The position numbers and the translations under genes are program-made. DNA of 64,000 nt from sequence record PQ657772.1. One strand, written 5' to 3'. Positions 45,420 to 54,268 of the stretch are shown here, in pieces. The notes under the pieces were generated by a model that was not told where the DNA came from, ran no database searches, and worked only from the letters and a program-made list of their open reading frames with translations. Within the stretch, counting starts at the first letter, position 1; every line of letters starts with the position of its first letter.

Positions 45420-45533
45420 TTATTTGGTTTGTTCAACACTAGGTGTATTGATATAGGTGTCAATTGAATAACATACTGTACCCACTACAACAGCAGCGAT
45501 TAGGGCAGCGATGATGAATTTAGTACCTTGCAT
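45420..45533 (-). CDS. 37-aa single-TM peptide
   Basis: hand-translated MQGTKFIIAALIAAVVVG...; GAGG RBS. Confidence 0.65.
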   Translation of the reverse strand: MQGTKFIIAALIAAVVVGTVCYSIDTYINTPSVEQTK

Positions 45534-45580
45534 AATTTAATACCTCACGTTGTTTGTATTTTGTATCACTTGATGAAAAT

Positions 45581-45617
45581 ATTATACGACAAAGGGCTGA
45601 CTGAAGTCAACCCCTTT
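45581..45617 (-). promoter_or_regulatory. terminator/promoter hybrid
   Basis: TTGACT in hairpin; TATAAT at 18 bp. Confidence 0.75.
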
Positions 45618-45620
45618 TAA

Positions 45621-46004
45621 TTATTTTTTAAACTTATGTTTTTCGCCTTCAATAGAGTTCACGATGTCATCATGAATCTTGCGAAGGTTATGAGTTTTCT
45701 TTAGTGCTTCATGTAGTGCACGGAATGCTGCGTGTACTGTTGCCTTGAAGTGCTCTTTAGGAGTCACTTTAAGTTTCTCAATGATATCACGTACATAAAT
45801 TGGATGATCTTCAAATACACGATTCAATTCATGGCCTAGTGATTCTAAACTGAAAGCTTTTTCGCGTGAAGGACGATCATGTGCAAGACTTTGGTCAGGC
45901 TTTAGTAGACCTAGTGAATCAAGATACTTATGCTTATGTGCATTATCAATTCCAGAAATATCCACATCATGCGATGGATCTTTCTTATTCCATTTATCAA
46001 CCAT
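45621..46004 (-). CDS. paralog of the N-half of 42763-44256
   Basis: KYLDSLGLL vs RYVNSLGLL; PKEHFK vs PKEELK; AAGGAG RBS. Confidence 0.8.
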   Translation of the reverse strand: MVDKWNKKDPSHDVDISGIDNAHKHKYLDSLGLLKPDQSLAHDRPSREKAFSLESLGHELNRVFEDHPIYVRDIIEKLKVTPKEHFKATVHAAFRALHEALKKTHNLRKIHDDIVNSIEGEKHKFKK

Positions 46005-46036
46005 TTCATACTCCTTAAAGAGATAAATTACTTTAA

Positions 46037-46044
46037 TATTTATA
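46037..46044 (-). promoter_or_regulatory. T4-type late promoter consensus TATAAATA
   Basis: exact match ~33 nt upstream of the 46004 start. Confidence 0.55.
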
Positions 46045-46115
46045 CTTCATGTGCTGTTTATTTCAACAGACACTTAAGATTATATCACATATGAAATGGT
46101 TGTTCCAAAGTCAAA

Positions 46116-46559
46116 TCAGTACTGTTTAAGTTCTGAACTGAAGATAAAGGAATCCATATCTTCTAGTGTTAACTTCAAGTTCGGTGTGTACTTTAATATC
46201 ACACATTCAGGTTTCTTAATGGCAGCTTGATAGGCAGCAATTGCCAACTGTTGAAGCTGCTCTGGTGTGTAGTTCATGCGTTCTGCATTGAATACGATGT
46301 TCTTAATATCACCACCTGGCAGCTTCTCAAACTCACACATAACAGCAGCCATCACATCATCAGATGTATTCTTATAAGCCCAATGAGGTAGTTGCATAAC
46401 GTCATAAATCTCGCCATTGTCGTTCATAAGAGAGATCCATTTTTTACCGTCCGATGAACTAAACAGACGACCTTTAATAGCAATGTTCTCTACCAAATTA
46501 ACAAAGGCAAATATGTCTTGCTCATTTAGCTCAATGCTATTAACGTTAATCCAACCCAT
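46116..46559 (-). CDS. hypothetical protein
   Basis: GGAG RBS. Confidence 0.8.
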   Translation of the reverse strand: MGWINVNSIELNEQDIFAFVNLVENIAIKGRLFSSSDGKKWISLMNDNGEIYDVMQLPHWAYKNTSDDVMAAVMCEFEKLPGGDIKNIVFNAERMNYTPEQLQQLAIAAYQAAIKKPECVILKYTPNLKLTLEDMDSFIFSSELKQY

Positions 46560-46572
46560 ACTTCATCTCCAG

Positions 46573-47145
46573 TTATAAATCACGAACGACATTCATTAAA
46601 CACAATTTGGGCTTTATCGCATTCAAAACCCATATGCATTCTTTGTAAGTTGCTATTATAGCATCTAAATGCTCAGTTACAATGCTTTCTTGAAAATATT
46701 CTTCTTCATTGAGCTTTGCTAAATTAGTCACATCACATGTAGGTACTATAGGTCTGGATTGTACACCCATTCCATTATTGATATTGGTAAAATGTAAAAA
46801 ATTGTACTTCACCACACCGTTATCTACACTTATGATACATGTCAAATGTTCTAACTCAGTTAGTTCGGTATTACAAGTGACATGAATGAATCCAGCATTA
46901 TAGGCTCTATAATCATCTACTAATATCTCAAAATCATTACGTTTAAATATAAGTGAAATGAGTTTGTCTTGTGGTTTAACCTTCTGAAATTTTACCGAAT
47001 TTACGTATGATACTTTAATCTTAGATGAAATTATCTTTTTACTAAGTGCAGTTAATTCTTCTTTAGCCTTAAAAGTTAAAGTTATAGGTCTAAATCTAGA
47101 ACTTTTGTTCTTCTTTGATACTTTGAACTTACCTTTTCTATTCAT
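46573..47145 (-). CDS. hypothetical protein, dispersed EExF(Q/M)xS(L/I/T)(I/V) family
   Basis: basic N-terminus; LNEEEYFQESIVTE. Confidence 0.8.
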   Translation of the reverse strand: MNRKGKFKVSKKNKSSRFRPITLTFKAKEELTALSKKIISSKIKVSYVNSVKFQKVKPQDKLISLIFKRNDFEILVDDYRAYNAGFIHVTCNTELTELEHLTCIISVDNGVVKYNFLHFTNINNGMGVQSRPIVPTCDVTNLAKLNEEEYFQESIVTEHLDAIIATYKECIWVLNAIKPKLCLMNVVRDL

Positions 47146-47199
47146 TAATTAAACCCCACATAAAGTAAAAGGGATGGCATATTACCAACCCTATATCTT

Positions 47200-47436
47200 T
47201 TATTTTTTAATAGATTCATAAAGCAGAAACAACCAAATAAACATTGATGAACAAACTACTACTGGGATTAATGTAAATTCAGTAAAGAATAAAAGTATTC
47301 CATAAGTTAGTATGCAACATAAGTTTACGTACATAATTGCTTCTGCATTTTTATTTTTCATTTTATATGCAATGAATGTTGGTGACCACATTACCAAAAA
47401 TGCAAACAACGCACATATGATGATTATAGTTTCCAT
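47200..47436 (-). CDS. T4 Imm-like superinfection-immunity membrane protein
   Basis: WSPTFIAYK..AIMYVNL..IWL; ~80 aa. Confidence 0.6.
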   Translation of the reverse strand: METIIIICALFAFLVMWSPTFIAYKMKNKNAEAIMYVNLCCILTYGILLFFTEFTLIPVVVCSSMFIWLFLLYESIKK

Positions 47437-47506
47437 ATTACACCTCCGTAAAATAATGTTCTGTACTGCTATTATTTACAGAGAATATCTGAAAAATTGA
47501 TCTAGA

Positions 47507-47731
47507 TCAATTTTTAGTCACTTTACAATTTGAATCTTTTTTGTACTGAACAATCACATTGTTCTTAAGGAAGATGATGGTCCCATAGGAACCTTGGGCT
47601 GCAACTTCAACAATATGGTTCTTATATGTTTCAGTATACCCTTCCATCTCGTTGATACACACTACATGATACTTTGGTTTAGCACATACAACAGTACTCA
47701 AGAATAGCAGTACTAGTACTAGATATTTCAT
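47507..47731 (-). CDS. exported two-Cys protein
   Basis: signal peptide; VVC...NCK. Confidence 0.75.
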   Translation of the reverse strand: MKYLVLVLLFLSTVVCAKPKYHVVCINEMEGYTETYKNHIVEVAAQGSYGTIIFLKNNVIVQYKKDSNCKVTKN

Positions 47732-47781
47732 TTTATTACCTTATAAACAAGAACAGGAATCCTTTTACGGATTCCTATAAT

Positions 47782-48075
47782 TTAGTCCTTTAATGTACCA
47801 TTGTGTAAACGATTATACACATCATTGCGACGCAATTCAACAATATCTTCAGCGTACTTCATTGTAAACGCCCATGCTTTTGGATGCACATTAAGCTTCA
47901 TACGAATGCGATTCTTCATCAATTCACCGCTTAGGCGAACAAACTCATGAACACCACGACTTCCGTACTCTGAAATCAAATCATTGATGTACATGTTGCG
48001 AAGGGTTTCGTCTGTACATTCTTTAACCATTTCTACGTCTGCCACGATGCTTGCATTTACTGAAGTACTGATCAT
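47782..48075 (-). CDS. hypothetical protein
   Basis: ORF in operon. Confidence 0.75.
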   Translation of the reverse strand: MISTSVNASIVADVEMVKECTDETLRNMYINDLISEYGSRGVHEFVRLSGELMKNRIRMKLNVHPKAWAFTMKYAEDIVELRRNDVYNRLHNGTLKD

Positions 48076-48086
48076 TTTAAGTTACC

Positions 48087-48353
48087 TTATTTGAATTGGA
48101 CTGTAATTTTATCACCTTCAACTACGAACTTACAGTCGTAGCGACGGGCCATATCCATATACATATGCTCAGAATACCACGGAACATCAATAACTGGATG
48201 CTCTGCGTATTGTAGCACTTCACGGTCACCAACAGTAGTGATGACGAAAGGAATGTTCATCTCTCGCAAAAACAACTCGGCACCTGGTGAACGATTGACA
48301 AACTCAGTGTCGTTACGCAAAGTAAAACCATTGTATTGTAATTTAAGCTTCAT
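48087..48353 (-). CDS. hypothetical protein
   Basis: GAGGA RBS. Confidence 0.75.
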   Translation of the reverse strand: MKLKLQYNGFTLRNDTEFVNRSPGAELFLREMNIPFVITTVGDREVLQYAEHPVIDVPWYSEHMYMDMARRYDCKFVVEGDKITVQFK

Positions 48354-48367
48354 GATTATCCTCTAAG

Positions 48368-48724
48368 TTAATACCATTCTTTTAAACCATCAAGTTCGGC
48401 TATGTGAGTAATTATAACACAGATAACACTCAGGTCAAGCATTATTTGCTCATAATTTAATTTTATTCTATCATCACTGTATGCTCTAAAAACAACATCA
48501 AAGTCAAAGTAGTTATCGTTTTCATCATTCATTGGAATGATTCTATATCTACGTCTACCATCATCATTGAATACAGTCAAACATTGTTTGAATTTCTTCA
48601 TTAACTGTGTAGTCAATGCATTGTAATATGCAACATCATATTGTGTACAACGTGGGTCATTGGGTAGATAAAACGATACAAATTTTTTTAATTCTATTTG
48701 AGTCTTATCCATATACAGCCTCAT
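48368..48724 (-). CDS. hypothetical protein
   Basis: ORF in operon. Confidence 0.75.
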   Translation of the reverse strand: MRLYMDKTQIELKKFVSFYLPNDPRCTQYDVAYYNALTTQLMKKFKQCLTVFNDDGRRRYRIIPMNDENDNYFDFDVVFRAYSDDRIKLNYEQIMLDLSVICVIITHIAELDGLKEWY

Positions 48725-49145
48725 GTATTACTCTTTTACTTTGGCGGTACTCATCCTTTGCTTCTCTCACTGACATGATACGAACCAGATTGGCACTACC
48801 ACAATAGTACTGAACCTGACTACGACCAATGTCAACATGATTATCAGGAACTTCATATACTGATACAGCAAACCCTGCACGATGTAATTTACCCAAGTCC
48901 ATAGTAAAGAACTTAAACAAATCATTCAAACTCTGACAGCCAAATGCCCAGCCACGTTTGATTGAATAGATTCCATCTTCAGTTGGTTCTGGTTGGAATT
49001 GCGAAGGCGTGGTCATGCACAAACGGTCAAATCCATTTTTAGTACTGTATCGTGAAGAGTACCGTGCGAACGGACCTACTGTTTTTGCTGGATCTAAGTT
49101 AGGTTCAATATAACTGAATTTAAGTTCAAAACGATATACGTACAT
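48705..49145 (-). CDS. hypothetical protein, possible ADP-ribosyltransferase-like fold
   Basis: VYR..GP..P.P..D..FGCQS..GF..YEV..G..Q pattern; GGGGA RBS. Confidence 0.6.
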   Translation of the reverse strand: MYVYRFELKFSYIEPNLDPAKTVGPFARYSSRYSTKNGFDRLCMTTPSQFQPEPTEDGIYSIKRGWAFGCQSLNDLFKFFTMDLGKLHRAGFAVSVYEVPDNHVDIGRSQVQYYCGSANLVRIMSVREAKDEYRQSKRVIHEAVYG

Positions 49146-49174
49146 AATTAAAATCCCCAGTATTTGATGAAATA

Positions 49175-49210
49175 ATTATAACAAAAAAGGCTGACCGAAG
49201 TCAACCTTTA
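49175..49210 (-). promoter_or_regulatory. terminator/promoter hybrid
   Basis: TTGACT in TTCG hairpin; TATAAT at 18 bp. Confidence 0.8.
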
Positions 49211-49392
49211 TTTTGAAGTTCTTGAACTAATTGTCGTACTTCTTTGATGTTATGACACTGCTTTACAGTGAAGTAATCATACTTACGACCATAGGTTCTT
49301 GGGTCATCACCTTCCATATACTGCTGCACATCAAAGATTTGTAAGTAGGGATGCTGCATAACACGAATGTTATCACATTGATAAATCAACAT
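49201..49392 (-). CDS. hypothetical protein
   Basis: start moved to MLIYQ (GAGGA RBS). Confidence 0.7.
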   Translation of the reverse strand: MLIYQCDNIRVMQHPYLQIFDVQQYMEGDDPRTYGRKYDYFTVKQCHNIKEVRQLVQELQNKG

Positions 49393-49396
49393 ATGT

Positions 49397-49747
49397 TTAG
49401 TCCTCATATTTACACAAGCCACCGAATGTTGCCTGTTTTGCTGCCTTACGCATCATCACAAGTTTAACATACTGTTCGCCATTACTTTCTTCATATACAT
49501 CAACTTGAAGAAATGCAAGCATATTGGGATCAGTATCATTCGAGTACTGCGTAAAACTAATGTCACCTACAGTATGTTCTTTAACAAAATTATACACTTC
49601 ACCATCGATATAAACGATAGTATGGTCATCGCTATCACCTTGGTAAATGTGTTTAATATCACCTTCAGTACAGACTAGTCCAGGTAATGGTTCTGCATAA
49701 GACATACCACATATAATCATACAAACAAAAAACAAAATTACTTTCAT
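49397..49747 (-). CDS. exported two-Cys protein
   Basis: signal peptide; LVC...GLC; paralog of 50138-50503. Confidence 0.8.
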   Translation of the reverse strand: MKVILFFVCMIICGMSYAEPLPGLVCTEGDIKHIYQGDSDDHTIVYIDGEVYNFVKEHTVGDISFTQYSNDTDPNMLAFLQVDVYEESNGEQYVKLVMMRKAAKQATFGGLCKYED

Positions 49748-50127
49748 GATTTGTTTCCTTTGGATAAAATGGATTTCTTCACTTTGTACTGCTTGTAGTT
49801 ATTATACCAAACATCGATTACATAAATCAAGTACCAAAGTGATGGATATAATGATAGACCAATAAAAACTGAAAAAATACTTGTATTAATAAAACCAATA
49901 CAGTGCAGTGTAAATGCAACGATTAGAATACCAATCGTAATCATACTAGCTGAATATGGTACACTATCAGATGCGAACCATGAATCAACCTTACTAATTA
50001 AAGTATACTTTCCAGTACTAACCGCATAAACAATTGCTACTATACCAAATAATGCCATTGAAATAGTTATTACTGAGTTAATAAGAATCGGAGTAATTAA
50101 TACATAAAGCATTACATCGTTGATCAT
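49744..50127 (-). CDS. 3-TM membrane protein
   Basis: hydrophobic segments, basic tail. Confidence 0.8.
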   Translation of the reverse strand: MINDVMLYVLITPILINSVITISMALFGIVAIVYAVSTGKYTLISKVDSWFASDSVPYSASMITIGILIVAFTLHCIGFINTSIFSVFIGLSLYPSLWYLIYVIDVWYNNYKQYKVKKSILSKGNKS

Positions 50128-50137
50128 TTGTTATACC

Positions 50138-50503
50138 TTAAAGTTCACAATGAATATTCAATTTATCAATATCCTGATCGCGTTTGTTCGACGAATCTTG
50201 ATAAATGACTATGTAAATATCCCCATCCTTTGTCTTGGGGTCCACTATCAATATTACATTTGCTATTATACCAGCATCTGATTTATATGTCGATACCTTT
50301 TTATTCCCAATCAAACTCTCGGCCCTGAAACGGTAAACCTCATTATCTACGACAATATTGTTTCCATTTTGTGGGTCATTAGAAAGTACATGCCATGTTC
50401 CATCGTTTCCCATACAATCAAGGTAAGCAGGTACGGCTGTACTGAACCTTGAATAAAGCATGAATACTACAAACACCATTATCATTCTTATATATTTTTT
50501 CAT
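50138..50503 (-). CDS. exported two-Cys protein
   Basis: start moved to MKKY (GAGG RBS); LDC...IHC. Confidence 0.75.
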   Translation of the reverse strand: MKKYIRMIMVFVVFMLYSRFSTAVPAYLDCMGNDGTWHVLSNDPQNGNNIVVDNEVYRFRAESLIGNKKVSTYKSDAGIIANVILIVDPKTKDGDIYIVIYQDSSNKRDQDIDKLNIHCEL

Positions 50504-50581
50504 TATAACCTCTAACGAGCAATACTTCTGCACATATTATTTGTACAGAAGTATTTAATACTATTAGAGACTTTTTGAACG

Positions 50582-50908
50582 TTACTTCTTACTAGTTAGT
50601 TTATCTTTCAAGATATCAAACCAAATGGAAACTTTACCAGCAAACAATGCATTAATAAACCACACAATACCGACAATGTTCTCAACTAAATTCATAATTG
50701 AAACAAATGGTCCAATTGGTAATACAAAACTTACTAACCATGACAGTACTGAAATAAGTACTACAACAAAGAAGATTCGTGCAATAGGTGAGTCTAGCAT
50801 AAACAACTCACGAAACTCATCACGCTCGGTTTCGTCTTTAATGAAGAATTCGAAAACCATAACCCATAACAGAATTAGAGCAGGAATTGAAATTAGAACT
50901 GATAACAT
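50582..50908 (-). CDS. membrane protein
   Basis: 3 hydrophobic segments; promoter 50956-50983. Confidence 0.8.
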   Translation of the reverse strand: MLSVLISIPALILLWVMVFEFFIKDETERDEFRELFMLDSPIARIFFVVVLISVLSWLVSFVLPIGPFVSIMNLVENIVGIVWFINALFAGKVSIWFDILKDKLTSKK

Positions 50909-50966
50909 GTTTTATATCCTCAAGTTTAAGTGTTAAGTTTCAGACTACAAGAACCATTATACAGTA

Positions 50967-51209
50967 CTACAAACGTTTGTCAACAGGTTTTTCTTCAATA
51001 AGCATAAGATAACTGAAGACGAATAGTAATACAGATGCCATATCAATAACCGTAAAGCTCACGGGAATGATAATAGACACTAGAACGAGTGCCACGTTTA
51101 GCAAGAATACAGTAGTGATATCCACCAGCTTTCGTTTAGTGGCTACTGCTACTAGTGTAGGGTAGAACATAAACAATAATGCAACTACAAAACTCAATAC
51201 TAGATACAT
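50967..51209 (-). CDS. T4 Imm-like membrane protein
   Basis: FYPTLVAV..TVFLLNV; 80 aa. Confidence 0.55.
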   Translation of the reverse strand: MYLVLSFVVALLFMFYPTLVAVATKRKLVDITTVFLLNVALVLVSIIIPVSFTVIDMASVLLFVFSYLMLIEEKPVDKRL

Positions 51210-51862
51210 TTCTTTTTCACCTTAAGAAAATTATAACATAAAACAACCTCAACATCTGGCTCATCATACAAGTACTCAAAGCGTTCTTTACTACGCTTAG
51301 TACCGATGTACTCACCATTCTTATGCCAACGCCACCCACCACTCTCTGGTTGGTCAGACTTCAGTACTGGATGATAGCACATGACAATTTCTTCTGGACC
51401 TTCAATAAGGTTCTTGTACTTCGTCAAAATCTGTTCAAGCGTATCTGCTACACCATAAGACGAGTGCATAAGATAAGACTCAGGACGTGGACGACCACTT
51501 GGTAGAATGTCATCAGTACTATTAAAGATAGCACGGAAGTCTTCTGACGTGTATAAACTTCCATCTTCATGGATCATTGGATACTCATCTACTACATCAT
51601 AATCAGTGAAGTGTTCAATCGCATGTCCTGGTCTGTAACCTGCGAGGATACCTGTATGTTTCGTCTGTACAATAGTCATAACAGATGTACTATTGTTTAC
51701 ATTAGGATCATGAATTTCAGCCCAAAAAGGATGATGAGGATCAAATTTAGCATTAACTAAAGTACAATCACCAATGTAGTCGAAATTAGTTTCTTTAAAG
51801 TTCAAAGAAACACCACGCAATGCCCAATCAGGAGAAGTGATGAAATTAAGATTAACTAACAT
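51200..51862 (-). CDS. hypothetical protein with GGWRWHKxGxYIG motif
   Basis: GAGGA RBS; 220 aa. Confidence 0.85.
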   Translation of the reverse strand: MLVNLNFITSPDWALRGVSLNFKETNFDYIGDCTLVNAKFDPHHPFWAEIHDPNVNNSTSVMTIVQTKHTGILAGYRPGHAIEHFTDYDVVDEYPMIHEDGSLYTSEDFRAIFNSTDDILPSGRPRPESYLMHSSYGVADTLEQILTKYKNLIEGPEEIVMCYHPVLKSDQPESGGWRWHKNGEYIGTKRSKERFEYLYDEPDVEVVLCYNFLKVKKKCI

Positions 51863-51895
51863 AGTATCCTCAGTTGCAGTTGTTTTTTGATGTAG

Positions 51896-52111
51896 TTATT
51901 GTATCAAAGACGTGTCAATTTGTACAACATTTATTGTAACTATTTCGTACATATATTCAATTGCATTGAACTCTGCATACCACTCTACAATCTCACAAGC
52001 AGCATCAACTTGGGTTTTCGCATTAACACGTCTGGCATAGGTACTGCTCATTTTGAATCTACCATATTCATAGACATTGTAGACACCATGACACCACCAC
52101 ATCTTAGTCAT
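51896..52111 (-). CDS. hypothetical protein
   Basis: start moved to MTKMW to limit overlap. Confidence 0.6.
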   Translation of the reverse strand: MTKMWWCHGVYNVYEYGRFKMSSTYARRVNAKTQVDAACEIVEWYAEFNAIEYMYEIVTINVVQIDTSLIQ

Positions 52112-52322
52112 TAATACTAGGCCATACAGTGAATTGTAAGTCTTGGTATTCAAATTTACCAATATCATTCTTCTTACGGAATGATTCTTCAACCTGAATT
52201 TCTGCGTCGTACTGACCATCGGCCTTTACTACGTACTTAAAATATTCTACATGTGAAAAACGATACCCTTCTCCGTCTTGCTTGGATACTTGTACTGACC
52301 CTTCAACTAGATATAAATTCAT
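52104..52322 (-). CDS. hypothetical protein
   Basis: GGAG RBS. Confidence 0.7.
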   Translation of the reverse strand: MNLYLVEGSVQVSKQDGEGYRFSHVEYFKYVVKADGQYDAEIQVEESFRKKNDIGKFEYQDLQFTVWPSIND

Positions 52323-52325
52323 TTG

Positions 52326-52547
52326 TCATTCTCCATCATATTCAGTGAGTATTACACTATGTACTGTTTCAATATAGCGTTGTGTTTTTGATGTGTTGTA
52401 CTTAGTTACTTCATCAAACAATTTAAATAGTGCATGTGTTGGACTTAATGCACGAACAAATACATCAATCTTCTGTACTTCTTTCTTATAACCACGTACA
52501 TTATTAAACTCAGATACATGCTCATACACAATGTAGTAACGATTCAT
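52326..52547 (-). CDS. hypothetical protein
   Basis: ATGA-coupled ORF. Confidence 0.7.
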   Translation of the reverse strand: MNRYYIVYEHVSEFNNVRGYKKEVQKIDVFVRALSPTHALFKLFDEVTKYNTSKTQRYIETVHSVILTEYDGE

Positions 52548-53059
52548 ATATTAAGTAGTTCCATAAATTCATCGATCAAGGAAGTTCTAATGCACATAAC
52601 AAATTCAAAATCAACATCGATAGTATCGAGTAGTTTGAACAACTTTGGTACATTTGGATCATTCAACTGGAAGTTATGAATCAAGCTCTGTTGAAACACA
52701 CTTTCTTCAGTACTGTAATCAATAACAAAATATTCAGCTACACCTGGAGGTGAATAAACATCATATAATATCTGACGTTTATTGTGTGTTTCTGAACCAG
52801 GGCAATATATAAGTTCTATTTCATACGAACCTGCCGAGGATCTATCATAAAACACAATTTCAGTACTGATTATTTCACTACCATCACTTCGTTCATGAAA
52901 ACATACATCGGCATATCGTTTGCCATTTGGCTTCAAAATCTCATGAGTTGTTTTACCATAACATTTATCAGTTTCAATGTGAATTTTGTCTTGATATTCA
53001 GAACGTCTTACATCATTTCCACGATTAAACAATAAGATCAACAACTCATTAATATCCAT
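52544..53059 (-). CDS. hypothetical protein, dispersed EExF(Q/M)xS(L/I/T)(I/V) family
   Basis: STEESVFQQSLIHN. Confidence 0.8.
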   Translation of the reverse strand: MDINELLILLFNRGNDVRRSEYQDKIHIETDKCYGKTTHEILKPNGKRYADVCFHERSDGSEIISTEIVFYDRSSAGSYEIELIYCPGSETHNKRQILYDVYSPPGVAEYFVIDYSTEESVFQQSLIHNFQLNDPNVPKLFKLLDTIDVDFEFVMCIRTSLIDEFMELLNI

Positions 53060-53259
53060 TATTTCGCCTCGATAACCTTAAGGTTAACAAAATCACCTTT
53101 TACTTTCATGCATTTGAATTCAGTGCGAGTTTCATCCCCACTATCGCGAGGCCAATGAGTAGCAGAGTAGCACTGGTCTGGTGTTTTATATACACCTTCA
53201 CCAATAGTACGAGTGATTTCACCATTGGTGAGAACTACTGCGAGATATAAAGTAAACAT
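53059..53259 (-). CDS. small two-Cys protein
   Basis: start moved to MFTLY; DQC...FKC, like 56469-56678. Confidence 0.7.
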   Translation of the reverse strand: MFTLYLAVVLTNGEITRTIGEGVYKTPDQCYSATHWPRDSGDETRTEFKCMKVKGDFVNLKVIEAK

Positions 53260-53269
53260 GATATTCGCC

Positions 53270-53416
53270 TTAGAATAATTTATTAATAATAATAGCACCC
53301 AACGCAAGAACTGCAATAATTACAGATACCCACATTACTGCATTCACTGTACCAGTTAGTTCTTTATCAAACTCCCTGCACTTCTTACGGTACTCTTCCC
53401 ACTCTTTGTTATTCAC
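53270..53416 (-). CDS. 48-aa single-TM protein
   Basis: hand-translated; GTG start overlaps the upstream TGA. Confidence 0.6.
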   Translation of the reverse strand: MNNKEWEEYRKKCREFDKELTGTVNAVMWVSVIIAVLALGAIIINKLF

Positions 53417-53628
53417 ACTGCCGCTCCTAATAGGTCGGTAGCTTTCTTCAGTACTACGTCAATTGTTTCCAGTACTGCACCTTTGTGTTCAATTGATACA
53501 ATATTATTATAAGTATCAAGGTCCAAGTACTCCATATATTCAGTTTTGAATACACGAACATCAGTACTAGTGATTTTAATATCACAACCTTTATCCCAAA
53601 TAACCTGCATCATTTCATTGGTAGTCAT
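53413..53628 (-). CDS. hypothetical protein
   Basis: ORF in operon. Confidence 0.7.
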   Translation of the reverse strand: MTTNEMMQVIWDKGCDIKITSTDVRVFKTEYMEYLDLDTYNNIVSIEHKGAVLETIDVVLKKATDLLGAAV

Positions 53629-53903
53629 TATTCAACCTTATCATAAACAAGTTTGTGTGTGCTTAGTACTTTGTTGAGATGTCCAGGGCATTCATATACA
53701 TACAATCTCTCCTGACGTTTTTCCCAACCACCACAGATACGGCCTGATTGTGTACATACCTCATACTCGTTAATAAAAGACTTACCTGTGAATGTACAAT
53801 CCTGACGAACTAAGTCTTTTGCACTAAACCTGCCGTCATCATTACATGCTGTAAGAAACATTGTACAGAATACAAAGACAACTGTCAATAGTTTTTTAAT
53901 CAT
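53628..53903 (-). CDS. lipoprotein
   Basis: lipobox LTAC after a hydrophobic leader. Confidence 0.8.
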   Translation of the reverse strand: MIKKLLTVVFVFCTMFLTACNDDGRFSAKDLVRQDCTFTGKSFINEYEVCTQSGRICGGWEKRQERLYVYECPGHLNKVLSTHKLVYDKVE

Positions 53904-54268
53904 TTAACATCACCCCAACGGAAACCTTTCATATAATTCAAATTCACCTCAACTAGTTCATGTGTTTTTGTACACCAAATGGAGAGAGTTTTTGTAACAT
54001 CACCAGGTTCAGATTCATAATTTACACAATAACCTTCAATGCGTAGAGTTTTGTTAGTCCAATGTTCCCACTCAATCCAAATTTCATTTGGATAATAAAC
54101 CATATCTTCTTTGAACGTATGGAATTGATCCATTGGTAAATGACCTTTAACTTCAATTACTTCAGCACTTCGTGCCAGTTTTTCAAGCTTGTACTTTATT
54201 TCAGCAAGATATTCTTCATCATTCAGACGAGTTAATAAATCTGTTGCACGGGTTGTATCAAGGCTCAT
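53900..54268 (-). CDS. hypothetical protein
   Basis: GGAG RBS; ATGA overlap. Confidence 0.75.
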   Translation of the reverse strand: MSLDTTRATDLLTRLNDEEYLAEIKYKLEKLARSAEVIEVKGHLPMDQFHTFKEDMVYYPNEIWIEWEHWTNKTLRIEGYCVNYESEPGDVTKTLSIWCTKTHELVEVNLNYMKGFRWGDVK

